A DNA stretch of 64,000 bases. Origin: an uncultured Flavobacteriales bacterium. Lineage in GTDB: Bacteria > Bacteroidota > Bacteroidia > Flavobacteriales_E > Vicingaceae. The position numbers and the translations under genes are program-made. Positions 21,170-30,536 of the stretch are shown in pieces. Under the pieces are notes generated by a model that saw nothing but the letters and a program-made list of their open reading frames with translations, was not told the DNA's origin and did no database searches. Each line of letters begins with the position of its first letter. Within the stretch, counting starts at the first letter, position 1. The DNA is taken from contig CAYULW010000002.1 of assembly GCA_964445815.1 (NCBI GenBank), positions 27,941 to 91,940 of the forward strand, written 5' to 3'.

Positions 21170-21325
21170 GATGATTTTGTTTCTGTTTTTTATTATAGCA
21201 CAATGTTTTGCTTATGAAATGCCTTCTGTAGTTCCACTTTGGTAGACAAGTTAGCCAAAAAAGTTAGCTTCCTGCGGTAGCTTACAGAGGCAAACCTTTT
21301 ATAGTTTTCCTAAACTTGTGCTGCA

Positions 21326-21931
21326 TTAATTTTTACAATCGGTGATATGCGCTGTATATTCATCAAAAAATTGATCTCTGATTTTATAGTACTCGTTTAT
21401 TGTCTTAATGTGTCGTGCCTTTGGGATTAGATTGTTAAAGTAGAAATGTACCGTTGTGTTGTTACCTGGAAACATGACATAGGTAGCCAGAGTACTGCCT
21501 TTTTCTAACGTATTTCTGTTAAACCCAAAAATTTTGTATCCGTTAACTGTAAACTCATGTAATTTGTCACTGTCCATAAACTGAGAGACGGACAGGAGGT
21601 AGTCAAGGCTTTGGATTAATGTAGTTGAATCTTCTTGGTATCGTTTTGGGTCACTCTGTTCAATTTTTAGATTAATGAATTGAGCGCCAAATTCATTATC
21701 GTACAGTATACGATAACCGTCAACCCTTGAAACTCTTTTTTCTCCTTCTTTGGTTTTAAGGTCACGAAATTTTGGTGCACTATTTGGTAGTTTATCTACA
21801 GCCGTGACTTTTAGTCCTTGAAAGCTGTCATAGTCTATCAGACATTTACTTATTTTTCCACCGCCCTTAAAACCAAGTAGAACAATAGATGAGAAGAGTA
21901 GAGTCAAAATCGAAATTTTCATTTTTTGCAT
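21326..21931 (-). CDS. hypothetical secreted protein (gene B1 of repeat module I)
   Basis: Track ORF 21326..22012. I place the start at MQKMKISILTLLFSSIVLLG (ATG ~21931) because the upstream extension lies inside the 205-bp repeat. Confidence 0.5.
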   Translation of the reverse strand: MQKMKISILTLLFSSIVLLGFKGGGKISKCLIDYDSFQGLKVTAVDKLPNSAPKFRDLKTKEGEKRVSRVDGYRILYDNEFGAQFINLKIEQSDPKRYQEDSTTLIQSLDYLLSVSQFMDSDKLHEFTVNGYKIFGFNRNTLEKGSTLATYVMFPGNNTTVHFYFNNLIPKARHIKTINEYYKIRDQFFDEYTAHITDCKN

Positions 21932-21940
21932 ATTAGGTAC

Positions 21941-22145
21941 AACGTTCTGTGTATGGGCAGTAGGGACAGATTCGAAGTGCTTCACTTTCGGTTTGCCACT
22001 AAGCCTAAACAAACGTTTTTACTTTTAATTTATATTTCAATAAACGTCAGAACTTTGTTTTGGCGTTACCTGCTCAAAGAACAGGATTTTCAATTTTCAC
22101 CAAACGCCCTATTGGCTATACACCTTGTTGTAGCACGTTTTCTTT
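21941..22145. repeat. ~205-bp intercistronic element with imperfect terminal inverted repeats, copy 1
   Basis: About 85% identical to 30331..30536. Termini TGTGTATGGGCAGTAGGGC ... GCCCTATTGGCTATACACC are mutual reverse complements (12/18). Internal arm GCCAAAACAAAG / CGTTTGTTT(A/T)GGC. Spans from gene A1's last codons to ~10 nt before the B1 start codon. Confidence 0.8.
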
Positions 22146-22853
22146 TATTTTTTCTTTTAGATTAGTTTTCTCTGTGCTAAGCGATTGCTCAGAAACACCC
22201 ATTTTACTAATCGAAACTCGGAAGAGTCTTCCATTATTAACTACAAAAAAGATTTGTCCATTAATTATTTCAATTCCCTTATGAGTTTTTGAATAGTCGT
22301 ATTGAATGGCTCTATTCTTAATGGTGACCTTCTTATTGCTGAACTGATAGCCACTTGAAAACTGATTACCTTCTAATGTCTCGACTACTGACTTGGAGTA
22401 TTTTTCTAAATTTTCAATCTCTTTTTTGTCTTCTTCTTTGAATGTTACTATTAAATCATTCGTTGAGTCAGCTATAAGGAGCATTGGTTCTTCCGAATTA
22501 TTGTCATAAACTACATCTGAAGGGAGATTAATCTTGAAGTCAAAAAAATCAATTACTGTATCAGCTTTTGTAGTGTCCGCCTTTTTTAACAGATATTCAA
22601 TAACTCCTTTATATTCAGATAACGCTTCATCAGGGTTAATTGGGGTACTATCTTGCTTTATTATGATTTCTTGAGATTGTGATTCATTTACCTTAGAAAG
22701 TGAAATTACTCCAAGAATTAGCCCTGTAGCAAGCAACCCAAGCCCTGACCACAACAATCCTTGTTTTTTTTTCTTAGAGTAGGTGACTAAAAGGCCAATT
22801 CCTGCAACTGCAATAATTATATAGTTTAATAAATCTCCAATGTTCTGAAACAT
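22116..22853 (-). CDS. hypothetical membrane-anchored protein (gene A1 of repeat module I)
   Basis: 245 aa. Two N-terminal TM helices. The last 9 codons are encoded within the repeat element. Confidence 0.55.
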   Translation of the reverse strand: MFQNIGDLLNYIIIAVAGIGLLVTYSKKKKQGLLWSGLGLLATGLILGVISLSKVNESQSQEIIIKQDSTPINPDEALSEYKGVIEYLLKKADTTKADTVIDFFDFKINLPSDVVYDNNSEEPMLLIADSTNDLIVTFKEEDKKEIENLEKYSKSVVETLEGNQFSSGYQFSNKKVTIKNRAIQYDYSKTHKGIEIINGQIFFVVNNGRLFRVSISKMGVSEQSLSTEKTNLKEKIKENVLQQGV

Positions 22854-22886
22854 ATTCTGCTTGTCTTTAATGTGCTACAACATCAA

Positions 22887-22906
22887 AATAAACGGAATTC
22901 CGTTTA
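22887..22906. promoter_or_regulatory. 20-bp perfect palindrome ATAAACGGAATTCCGTTTAT (candidate operator), copy 1
   Basis: Exact palindrome, 33 bp upstream of the gene A1 start codon. The identical 20-mer (plus 3 flanking nt) recurs at 31218..31237 in the same relative position. Confidence 0.5.
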
Positions 22907-23139
22907 TTTCTACAGTCGTAAAACTACAGAATATCACTAAGCTTCATTTTGGGAATTCCTCTTCGACTGCGGGAATGTGAATGAACTTTAGAAAGTCGGT
23001 AATAAGGGTAATGAGCTCTTGTTTGGATGCCAATGTCATAAAATCTAAGATAAATTTACGACTTTGGAGACCTTTTATAGGACATTAACTTTCAAAAGAT
23101 AAGGTTTTTAGAGGCTCTTAATGTTCCGGATTACTTTGT

Positions 23140-23439
23140 TTAATTGTTGACCATATAAACTTCGATAGAACTAAAGGCCTTTTGTCTTGCTTCTAAAAGT
23201 TTTTCATAGGTTTTGCTTTTGTATACTGCATCAAAGGCTTGTTCATCTTGAAATGAAAGTACGGATACGAAGTCCGGTTGACTATGACCAAGATAGGTGC
23301 TTTTAATGGGATATTGAGCTAAAGTTTTTACACCTGTTTTTTCATAACATTGAGTAAGTCCTTCAATATAAGTGTTGAAACTTTCCATCTCATTTTTATT
23401 AATGGTAGCGACTACAATCAGTTGAATTTCATTTGACAT
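23140..23439 (-). CDS. DUF1330 domain protein
   Basis: 99 aa, dimeric alpha+beta barrel-like. Assigned from memory of DUF1330 length and pattern. Confidence 0.45.
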   Translation of the reverse strand: MSNEIQLIVVATINKNEMESFNTYIEGLTQCYEKTGVKTLAQYPIKSTYLGHSQPDFVSVLSFQDEQAFDAVYKSKTYEKLLEARQKAFSSIEVYMVNN

Positions 23440-23488
23440 GGCTTTGAATTTTTAGTTTCAAAACTAGTCTTCACCTTTAGTTTATCAT

Positions 23489-24382
23489 CTATTCAATGTT
23501 GCGCATTTTATACTCACTGGGTGAAATTCCGAATTTATGCCTAAAAGCATTGGAAAGTGAATTGGCTTCTTTAAAACCTACTAATTCGGCAATAACTCTG
23601 ATCGGAAAGTCGGTGTTTTCGAGATGTTCTTTTGTTTTTTCTAATCGCACGGCTTTTAGCATTTCATAAGGTGAAAGGCCATAAAGGGTTTTAAAGTGTC
23701 TGATCATATGATACTGAGATAAGCAAGCTTCTTTCGATAGCTCCTCGATGCTCAATGCCGTATTGTATTCTGATAAGATCATGTCTTTTGCTATACAAAG
23801 TCTTCTTTGCAATTCTTTTTTTGTGCTCTGTTTTACACATTTCAAAGATTGCCTGCTCTGTTCCGTCCTTTGATTTAAGGTATTGAGATAGTACAAAATA
23901 TGAGCGAATGTACTTTGGTGATCGTCGTCTTCTTTTTTATTTAATGAACGGGTGACCGAATGAAAGACGGCGTCTTTGTAATGAAATTCATTGTAAAATT
24001 GGGGAAGCTCAGCTCTCTGTAGCTTTGGGTCGTCTAGAGTTTGTTCAAGTGTTTGAAAAGCCTCTACAGCAAATTGATAGTTGAAATGAAGATTAAAGGT
24101 TTGGACTTCAGTAACTCCGTCTAAGTGGTATTCAAGTTCTTGAAAAGGATTGATAATGATAAAGGTAGAATCGCAAAGTTTAAAGTAGCGGCCATCGATC
24201 TTGCAATGCGCAATTCCATTTTTATGGCTGAGTATGGTTAAGCTGGTTTCCGGTACCTTTTTGTGAAACTGGCGTTGAATTGTTTTGACACATAAATTGT
24301 CCCAAAGCAATTCATGTTCGGTCAATTGCTTGTTGACCAATTTGTTCAGTACATTCTGTGTTGCAAATTCAGTATAAATCAA
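23489..24382 (-). CDS. AraC family transcriptional regulator
   Basis: 297 aa. C-terminal double HTH: IEELSKEACLSQYHMIRHFKTLYGLSPYEMLKAVRLEKTKEHL... IAELVGFKEANSLSNAFRHKFGISPSEY. Confidence 0.85.
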   Translation of the reverse strand: MIYTEFATQNVLNKLVNKQLTEHELLWDNLCVKTIQRQFHKKVPETSLTILSHKNGIAHCKIDGRYFKLCDSTFIIINPFQELEYHLDGVTEVQTFNLHFNYQFAVEAFQTLEQTLDDPKLQRAELPQFYNEFHYKDAVFHSVTRSLNKKEDDDHQSTFAHILYYLNTLNQRTEQSRQSLKCVKQSTKKELQRRLCIAKDMILSEYNTALSIEELSKEACLSQYHMIRHFKTLYGLSPYEMLKAVRLEKTKEHLENTDFPIRVIAELVGFKEANSLSNAFRHKFGISPSEYKMRNIE

Positions 24383-24433
24383 TTTAGTTTAGAATTTGGT
24401 TGTCATAAATATGATGAATAAATAGGATGCAAT

Positions 24434-25576
24434 TTAGTTTGTTTTGAGTTTTTCACCGCCGCTTCCTTTTCGCCATAAATATTCTAATGGACCTGTTGTT
24501 TTGAAATGCAAATACAAAATGCTAAAGCCTACATTAATGCCGAAGATAAGGATTGTAATGAATACTAGATCACTAGGGCGCAATAGCCCGTATTGTCCCA
24601 GACCATAACCGTAAAAAATGAGCACACAAAAGAGCGACTGTAAGATGTAATTGCTCAAAGCCAGACGACCGGTTTTCGCTAAGGCATTGCTAATCGCATT
24701 CCTTTTTTGAAAAGCCAAGCTGAAGATAATGATATAACTGATGCCTAATGCTGTCTCAAACAGCACATTGAGAGCAATCAATATTGGTCGCCAAAGAGGT
24801 TGGGCAGTCAGGTCAAAACGGCTAAACAGGTCTGCTTTAAAGTAAATCCACACTATGCCGCTTGCAAAGAGTAAAATAGAGGAGAGGAGGTATTTGTTTC
24901 TATGGGTTCTCAGTTGTAAAAAAAAGTCATGGCGTGCTGCATAAATGCCCAATAAAAACAATCCGAAAGTTTTGGGAATGTACCATACCAGATTTTCGGG
25001 CATAAAAGCCATGAATTCAGCCATTCTCAATTGAAAAATCTCCATGTAGCTGCCTTGTCCGAAGGTCGAAATGAATGTCTTTAATTCTGCAACCTGAGCC
25101 ATGTGCACTTTTGGCCATTGCCAAAGCACCACACCTAAATAGTAAAGGGGGCGAAAAAAGATAAAGAAGCCGGCACAGATCAGAATACTTCGACCGGACC
25201 ATTTTAGCATTGGCAAAACCAACAGACCCAATAAAGCATATGAGGTCAAAATGTCTCCGAACCAGAACAGCCCGATGTGCAACAGCCCGAAGAGCATCAA
25301 CACAAGCATTCTTTTGATAAAATAGGAGTTAAAGTGATCTGCGCGTGAATGCCTTTGCAAAACGATGCCATAACCGAACAAAAAGGCAAAAATGAAGAGG
25401 AATTTCCCACCAGCAAAGTTAACCACGGCATCTATTGTCTTGGCTTGTATGCCTTCAAATGCACCATAAAACTCTCCGTAATGACTGAGTGGTGCATGAA
25501 ATACAAAAATATTGACCAGCAGAATGCCAAATAAGGCAAAACCTCTTAAAGCGTCGAGTTCAGAGATGCGTTTCAT
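24434..25576 (-). CDS. DUF418 (YeiB-like) membrane protein
   Basis: 380 aa. N-terminus ELDALRGFALFGILLVNIFVF is typical of DUF418/acyltransferase-3-like proteins. About 10 TM helices. Confidence 0.7.
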   Translation of the reverse strand: MKRISELDALRGFALFGILLVNIFVFHAPLSHYGEFYGAFEGIQAKTIDAVVNFAGGKFLFIFAFLFGYGIVLQRHSRADHFNSYFIKRMLVLMLFGLLHIGLFWFGDILTSYALLGLLVLPMLKWSGRSILICAGFFIFFRPLYYLGVVLWQWPKVHMAQVAELKTFISTFGQGSYMEIFQLRMAEFMAFMPENLVWYIPKTFGLFLLGIYAARHDFFLQLRTHRNKYLLSSILLFASGIVWIYFKADLFSRFDLTAQPLWRPILIALNVLFETALGISYIIIFSLAFQKRNAISNALAKTGRLALSNYILQSLFCVLIFYGYGLGQYGLLRPSDLVFITILIFGINVGFSILYLHFKTTGPLEYLWRKGSGGEKLKTN

Positions 25577-25624
25577 GAATTACTATCAAGGATTTGCATG
25601 TGGTATCCGGTAATTGTGTTCTTC

Positions 25625-26038
25625 TTAATAGAGCTTCTCAACTGATGCATAATTCCCGTTTACAAAATGGTCTAAATGCTCGAGTGACTTTTCAAAAGGA
25701 ATGGACCAGACATCATCAACGGTCATTTTTTCCTTTTCTCCTAATAATCCGAATAGGACTTTAAGCCTTTTGGGACGATTATACCATAAAGAAAACTCTA
25801 GTTTTTTATTATCGCTGTAATTAGCTGTTAAGCTGAAACTTTTACCATTTTCGATACAAGTAAAGTCGAGGGAAGGATTATAATGAATACGCTCTTCATT
25901 CAACGAGTTCAGAAGGTTGAGTTGTTCAATCCAAGGGTAAGTTTTAGCGATCTCAAGTACTTCTTCTCCGGACATTGGATCATTTCTGTATTCAATATCC
26001 GCTTTATCCGGATAGCAAATGGAGTATTTAAATGTCAT
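25625..26038 (-). CDS. hypothetical protein
   Basis: 137-aa ORF with no signal peptide. Confidence 0.4.
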   Translation of the reverse strand: MTFKYSICYPDKADIEYRNDPMSGEEVLEIAKTYPWIEQLNLLNSLNEERIHYNPSLDFTCIENGKSFSLTANYSDNKKLEFSLWYNRPKRLKVLFGLLGEKEKMTVDDVWSIPFEKSLEHLDHFVNGNYASVEKLY

Positions 26039-26070
26039 TTGTTATTTTTAAAATCATAATCTTCTTTTCC

Positions 26071-26541
26071 TTATTGCGGTTTAAATTCTGATAGAGGCCC
26101 AATGGTTTTACGAAGAAGAGTTTCAGAATGCCCTTTAATTATAAAATCCTTCAAGTCACCAATTTTGGAGTAGCCAAGTTTAAGATATAATCTTTCCGCC
26201 TCAGTATTGAATGACGAAACACACATGAATACATTTGGAGAAATTTGAAATATTCTTTCTTCGCAATATTTTAAAAGAGTTGTACCAAATCCTTGACCTT
26301 GGTGACTTGACTTTATTAATATGGATTGAATATAGCCCTTAAATGTTCCTTTCATTTGTAAAACAGCAAAGCCAATTAACTCTGAATTCTTCATTCCAAT
26401 AAACACTTCCTTATTGTCACCACGTACCGCATCTTTACAATTTTCAAGGTCACGATTTAGTGTCAACCAAGGTTCAGATTGACTCATTAATAATGCACAT
26501 TCATCGAGTATTTTTTCATTAATTGTCAATTCAATTTTCAT
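26071..26541 (-). CDS. GNAT family N-acetyltransferase
   Basis: 156 aa. ...SSHQGQGFGTTLLKYCEERI... (acetyl-CoA binding Q/RxxGxG/A motif). Confidence 0.75.
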   Translation of the reverse strand: MKIELTINEKILDECALLMSQSEPWLTLNRDLENCKDAVRGDNKEVFIGMKNSELIGFAVLQMKGTFKGYIQSILIKSSHQGQGFGTTLLKYCEERIFQISPNVFMCVSSFNTEAERLYLKLGYSKIGDLKDFIIKGHSETLLRKTIGPLSEFKPQ

Positions 26542-26594
26542 CTTATGTCGTTTTTCTTAGTAGCAGCATTTGCTATATACAGTTTTGGGCATAG

Positions 26595-27293
26595 TTATTT
26601 AATTTCAATTTTCTTCGATTCAAACCCTTTTGGTAGTTCTGGTTTGAAAAGATCGTGATTTACAATTATTTCTCCCTGTTTCTTCGCTTTTACTTTCAAT
26701 GTGTAGATGTGTTCTTCGGTTAATTTTCCATCACTAGCTTCACTAGAACTAGAGTATGAAGAACCCAATTGACTCAGAAAAGAGTTGTCTTTGATTCTAA
26801 TTTTATCAATTACGAATGAAGAGAAATCATCAAGTGTTATTTCATTTAAATTCATTGAGGAAGGGCTTAGGTCAGTGTTACTCTTTATAACAATTGAAAA
26901 CTCTTGACCCTTCTTTACAGATTCAGGAGTAATTATTGAAACTACGGTATCTGAAATTTCATTTACAATAGTTGCTTCAACTATATCTATTTCCAGCTGA
27001 TTTGATTCTAAATCAATGCTATCAATACTCAACTTATATGGTCCAATCGTCTTTCTACCTGAACTCGTGTAGATCACAACAATTCTCTTTTTAAACTCTG
27101 TGATATCTATTACAGTTATATCGTCACCAAGAAGGCTTGAGAGCTCTCCTTCAATTGCCTCAACGGATAACTCCAATTCAATGTTCTCACCAACTTCAAA
27201 AGTTGTATTATCACTCATTAAACTCAATTTAAGGTTCTGTCCCTCAACATTGATAAAGTTTGAAATAAGAAATGTGATGATTAAGATCCTCAT
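26595..27293 (-). CDS. hypothetical secreted protein
   Basis: 232 aa. Signal peptide. Ser/Ile-rich, beta-strand-like periodicity. Confidence 0.45.
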   Translation of the reverse strand: MRILIITFLISNFINVEGQNLKLSLMSDNTTFEVGENIELELSVEAIEGELSSLLGDDITVIDITEFKKRIVVIYTSSGRKTIGPYKLSIDSIDLESNQLEIDIVEATIVNEISDTVVSIITPESVKKGQEFSIVIKSNTDLSPSSMNLNEITLDDFSSFVIDKIRIKDNSFLSQLGSSYSSSSEASDGKLTEEHIYTLKVKAKKQGEIIVNHDLFKPELPKGFESKKIEIK

Positions 27294-27341
27294 AAGTTTT
27301 AATTATATCTGACCATTTTGCCTAAGCCATGAGTGTTTTAG

Positions 27342-28667
27342 TTAGCATTTCTTTATTTCGTTCATACGTTTAATCGCTTCTGGCTCACCTTTTTCGACAG
27401 CTTTCTTCAAGTATTTCATTCCTTTTTCTATTTCATCTTTTTTGATAAGAAAATTAGCGTAATGTAACTCCAAAAGGTCAACTGGAAAAGTTTCGGATTC
27501 AAAAGCCAATTGGAAATGGTACTCGGCTTGTTCTAATTCATTTTTAGCTAGATGATACAAAGCTAAGTTTCTGTACGTATAGGCATTGTCATTGTTTTCT
27601 GTTTTTAATGCTTTTTCAAGTTGTTGTCTTCCTTCTTCCAATTGTTCCATTTGGATTAAGGAATATCCTAAATTGTCATATGCAAAACCATAATTTGGGT
27701 TTATTTGAAGTGCTTTATGAAAATTTTGAGTGCTCTGTTCATAGTTGCCATTTCTCAATTGATAATACCCAATATTGTTATAGACGTCAGCTTTTAGCAA
27801 TTCATCTTCGGTTAAAAGCAAGATTTTTTGAAGAGTATTAATAGCTGAATCAAAATCAGCATTTTGGTATTCCTTGTCTGCTTGATCAAATAAATCATTA
27901 GCCTCCAATTCAGCTTTACTAAAAACTACCGAAGGTGATTTATTTAGAAAAGCTATAGCTCCTTCAAATTGAAGTCTAAGCTCTTTGGGTAATTCATTTT
28001 TCCAATCTGGATTGTCTTGTTCAATTAGCTTTGAAAAGGTCGCTAATCCAAAAGCCATTACTTCATTTGCCATTTCAGAAACGTAGTTCCATTTGGTTTC
28101 CCAAAAGCCGTCATCAGTTCTTCCTCTGTCCGTTAAGTTTTGAGAAAGTGGGATTCCAAAGCCGAAATAAATTCCTGCTATAAATATAAATAGGGGGGTA
28201 TCATCTCCTGTGTCGTATTGCAATTTGTTTTCAGTTAGTCGAATTTTAATGAATTCATAAATGAGGTTGAATACGAGTCGGTTTGGTCGATTAGAAATGC
28301 TTTTAGCAATGTGTATTTTGTAATTATTCTCGGTTACTTCTGTTTCAGTTTCAAACGGCTTGCCTTGCATTTCAAATGGTATTCCATAGACATCTCGTAA
28401 ATCCTTGTGTAGCTCATACGCAACTTTACTAGAGTCTAAGCTTAGCAAGTTGCATAGGTCGTCAATCAGATTTTTGACTTCTAAGTCACTAGTCGAAAAA
28501 GTCTTTGGAAAGAATTTTTCTGTAATAAGAATTTGTTCACTTTGTGTACTGGGATAGCCAAAAATTTTAATCAGCCATTTAAAATTATCCTCAACCCAAT
28601 CTCTATTTGTTTCTGTTATTCGAAACTTTGGCTCTTTTGCTTTCTTATTGAATCCGAATAATTTCAT
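27342..28667 (-). CDS. TPR-repeat protein with ~280-aa N-terminal domain of unknown function
   Basis: 441 aa. C-terminal TPRs (VYNNIGYYQLRNGNYEQSTQNFHKALQINP, AYDNLGYSLIQ..., TYRNLALYHLAKNELEQAEYHF). Confidence 0.6.
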   Translation of the reverse strand: MKLFGFNKKAKEPKFRITETNRDWVEDNFKWLIKIFGYPSTQSEQILITEKFFPKTFSTSDLEVKNLIDDLCNLLSLDSSKVAYELHKDLRDVYGIPFEMQGKPFETETEVTENNYKIHIAKSISNRPNRLVFNLIYEFIKIRLTENKLQYDTGDDTPLFIFIAGIYFGFGIPLSQNLTDRGRTDDGFWETKWNYVSEMANEVMAFGLATFSKLIEQDNPDWKNELPKELRLQFEGAIAFLNKSPSVVFSKAELEANDLFDQADKEYQNADFDSAINTLQKILLLTEDELLKADVYNNIGYYQLRNGNYEQSTQNFHKALQINPNYGFAYDNLGYSLIQMEQLEEGRQQLEKALKTENNDNAYTYRNLALYHLAKNELEQAEYHFQLAFESETFPVDLLELHYANFLIKKDEIEKGMKYLKKAVEKGEPEAIKRMNEIKKC

Positions 28668-28729
28668 TTTATTTAATTAACCTTAATGACCCCTGTATGA
28701 TGCCGTTGCGGTTTTGATAAATATACAAT

Positions 28730-28759
28730 TTGAGGTTTAGAACCAAGTAAAAACCTCAA
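28730..28759 (-). terminator. possible hairpin terminator (TTGAGGTTT-N12-AAACCTCAA)
   Basis: 9-bp stem found by eye ~120 nt downstream of the 28877 gene stop, followed on the minus strand by ATTGTATATTTATC. A second palindrome AAAATCCGCTAGCGGATTTT lies at ~28783. AT-rich stems, so weak. Confidence 0.25.
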
Positions 28760-28876
28760 AGCGGTTTTGATTCTTTGCTTTTTTACAAAATCCGCTAGCG
28801 GATTTTGCGAGGCTTCAAATAGCTTTACGAATTGCCAAAATACCATACCCACAATGCACTATATAGCCTGTTGTGC

Positions 28877-29503
28877 CTAGTTTATTTTAAGTTCTATAGT
28901 TGCAGTTGAGTCAGAACATTCAATCTCATCCGCTGCAGGATCATCTTCTTCTAGCTCTAAATCTAAATGACAAGTCTCGATGTATTTATTAATCTTAACT
29001 GACTCTTTTGTTAAACTTACAACAGAATATGTGACTTGAGAGTCACCTGCGTCTCCCCAAATTTCAGCAATCTGTTCACTTTCTTTGATCATATTCTCGC
29101 CCGAATTATATATCATGCCGTAGTATATAGGTCCATAATCGTCTTGTTGAACAACGACTAAGAAGAAGCTACTATCATTAACTTTTAACTTGCCTACTGG
29201 CTTTGCACCTGTTGACTCAGATTGCGTTTGCGGGATTTTATTGTCAAGCACAGGAAGAAATGTCAAAGGAAGACAATCACTTGGTTTAAAGGTTCTTTCT
29301 TGTGTGTATTGTTCCACTACAATTTTTATTGAGTCTTTTGGGAAATCATTGAAGTAGGAGGTTATGTCAGTATTAATCTCAACTTCTTCTATTGATTCAA
29401 TAAATTCAACAATGTCTTTATTAATAGTATCACTTGTATCGCTGTCCAATTGTCCACATGAAGCCAAAATGGCTAAACCGAGTATTACCAATAGTTTTTT
29501 CAT
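28877..29503 (-). CDS. hypothetical lipoprotein
   Basis: 208 aa. Lipobox LAILASCGQ. Confidence 0.5.
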   Translation of the reverse strand: MKKLLVILGLAILASCGQLDSDTSDTINKDIVEFIESIEEVEINTDITSYFNDFPKDSIKIVVEQYTQERTFKPSDCLPLTFLPVLDNKIPQTQSESTGAKPVGKLKVNDSSFFLVVVQQDDYGPIYYGMIYNSGENMIKESEQIAEIWGDAGDSQVTYSVVSLTKESVKINKYIETCHLDLELEEDDPAADEIECSDSTATIELKIN

Positions 29504-29587
29504 TCTCTCAAATTAGCCCCAACGGTCTGGCTAAAATGTCGTGCAACAGTTAGATTGTTGGGGCATACACTATAGCCGTTGTTGGAG

Positions 29588-30316
29588 CTAGTGGTTTTTA
29601 TTTTCTTCTTCATTTTTCAATCTCATTATGAACCATTCAAATCCATAAAGTCCTTCAAGGTTCTTTGGAATTTCGTTCAAGTCAGTTTTTTTTCCTGATT
29701 TAAAGTCAGTCAATATAATATGTTCATGTGTTCTATCATTCCATTCGTAAGAATTCAAAGTGTCCAACTTGTTTTTTGTCCATTTGAACTCATAAAACTC
29801 GGTTTGTCCGGGATGTCCGTAGGTCATGCTGTAAGTCCGAAATTGATTTGGGTAGAATGTCGGGTTTGGTATTTCCACTTTTTTTGAAAATTGATCGTTA
29901 TTGTCATCATATAAGTAGCAGTCATAAATATCTGCTAAACAACAACCTGAGGAAGGATACCAATGGATAGCCAAATCAATCACTTTGTCACCGTTAATGT
30001 CGAAAATCGAATCTGACATAAAATTCATCCAACCAAGTCTTTCGGAAAATATTGGTTTTTCATATTCGTCCTTCTCAGAGTACACTTGAATGTAGGTGCC
30101 TGAAAAGTTTGAAAGTCGTATATACTTGTGATTAATTGAGTTTGAGAAAATATGACCTTCCTTTAGAGTCAAAGAGTCATTTTTTATGTTTTCTTTTTGA
30201 CTTTGAATCAGTTTTGTAATTGTTACTGTCGTTTTAAGACTGTCTTGATCGACTTGACAAAAACCAAATTCTGCAAGTCCTAAAATGATTGATATGGTTA
30301 ATAGTGTTCTGGTCAT
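29588..30316 (-). CDS. hypothetical secreted protein (gene B2 of repeat module II)
   Basis: 242 aa. Signal peptide MTRTLLTISIILGLAEFGFCQ. The start codon lies ~14 nt downstream of the repeat element. Confidence 0.5.
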   Translation of the reverse strand: MTRTLLTISIILGLAEFGFCQVDQDSLKTTVTITKLIQSQKENIKNDSLTLKEGHIFSNSINHKYIRLSNFSGTYIQVYSEKDEYEKPIFSERLGWMNFMSDSIFDINGDKVIDLAIHWYPSSGCCLADIYDCYLYDDNNDQFSKKVEIPNPTFYPNQFRTYSMTYGHPGQTEFYEFKWTKNKLDTLNSYEWNDRTHEHIILTDFKSGKKTDLNEIPKNLEGLYGFEWFIMRLKNEEENKNH

Positions 30317-30330
30317 TTTACATTAATCCC

Positions 30331-30536
30331 AACAGTTTGTGTATGGACAGTAGGGCAGGTACGAAGCACTTCACTTTCGGTTTACCACTAAGCCAAAACA
30401 AACGTTTTTACTTTTAATTTTCTTTTTTGTTAAACGTCAAAACTTTGTTTTGGCGTTGCCTGCTCAATGAACAGCACTCTCAATTTATTATTAATTGCCC
30501 TATTGGCTATACACCTTGTTGGTAGCAGTTTTTTTT
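30331..30536. repeat. ~205-bp intercistronic TIR-bearing element, copy 2
   Basis: Aligns end to end with 21941..22145 (about 85% identity). Same termini (TGTGTATGGACAGTAGGGC ... GCCCTATTGGCTATACACC). Begins at the gene A2 stop codon and ends ~14 nt before the B2 ATG. Confidence 0.8.

Noticed and set aside
21926-22284. Plus-strand ORFs 21926-22165 and 22060-22284 crossing repeat copy 1
   Set aside because: Copy 2 of the element does not preserve any of these frames. The 205-bp element is therefore treated as non-coding.
22887-22906. 20-bp palindrome as an intrinsic terminator
   Set aside because: The stem is AT-rich with no real loop. A U-tract in the correct orientation for the minus-strand transcripts is absent at copy 2 and marginal at copy 1. 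A protein-binding dyad is more consistent with the identical position upstream of two start codons.
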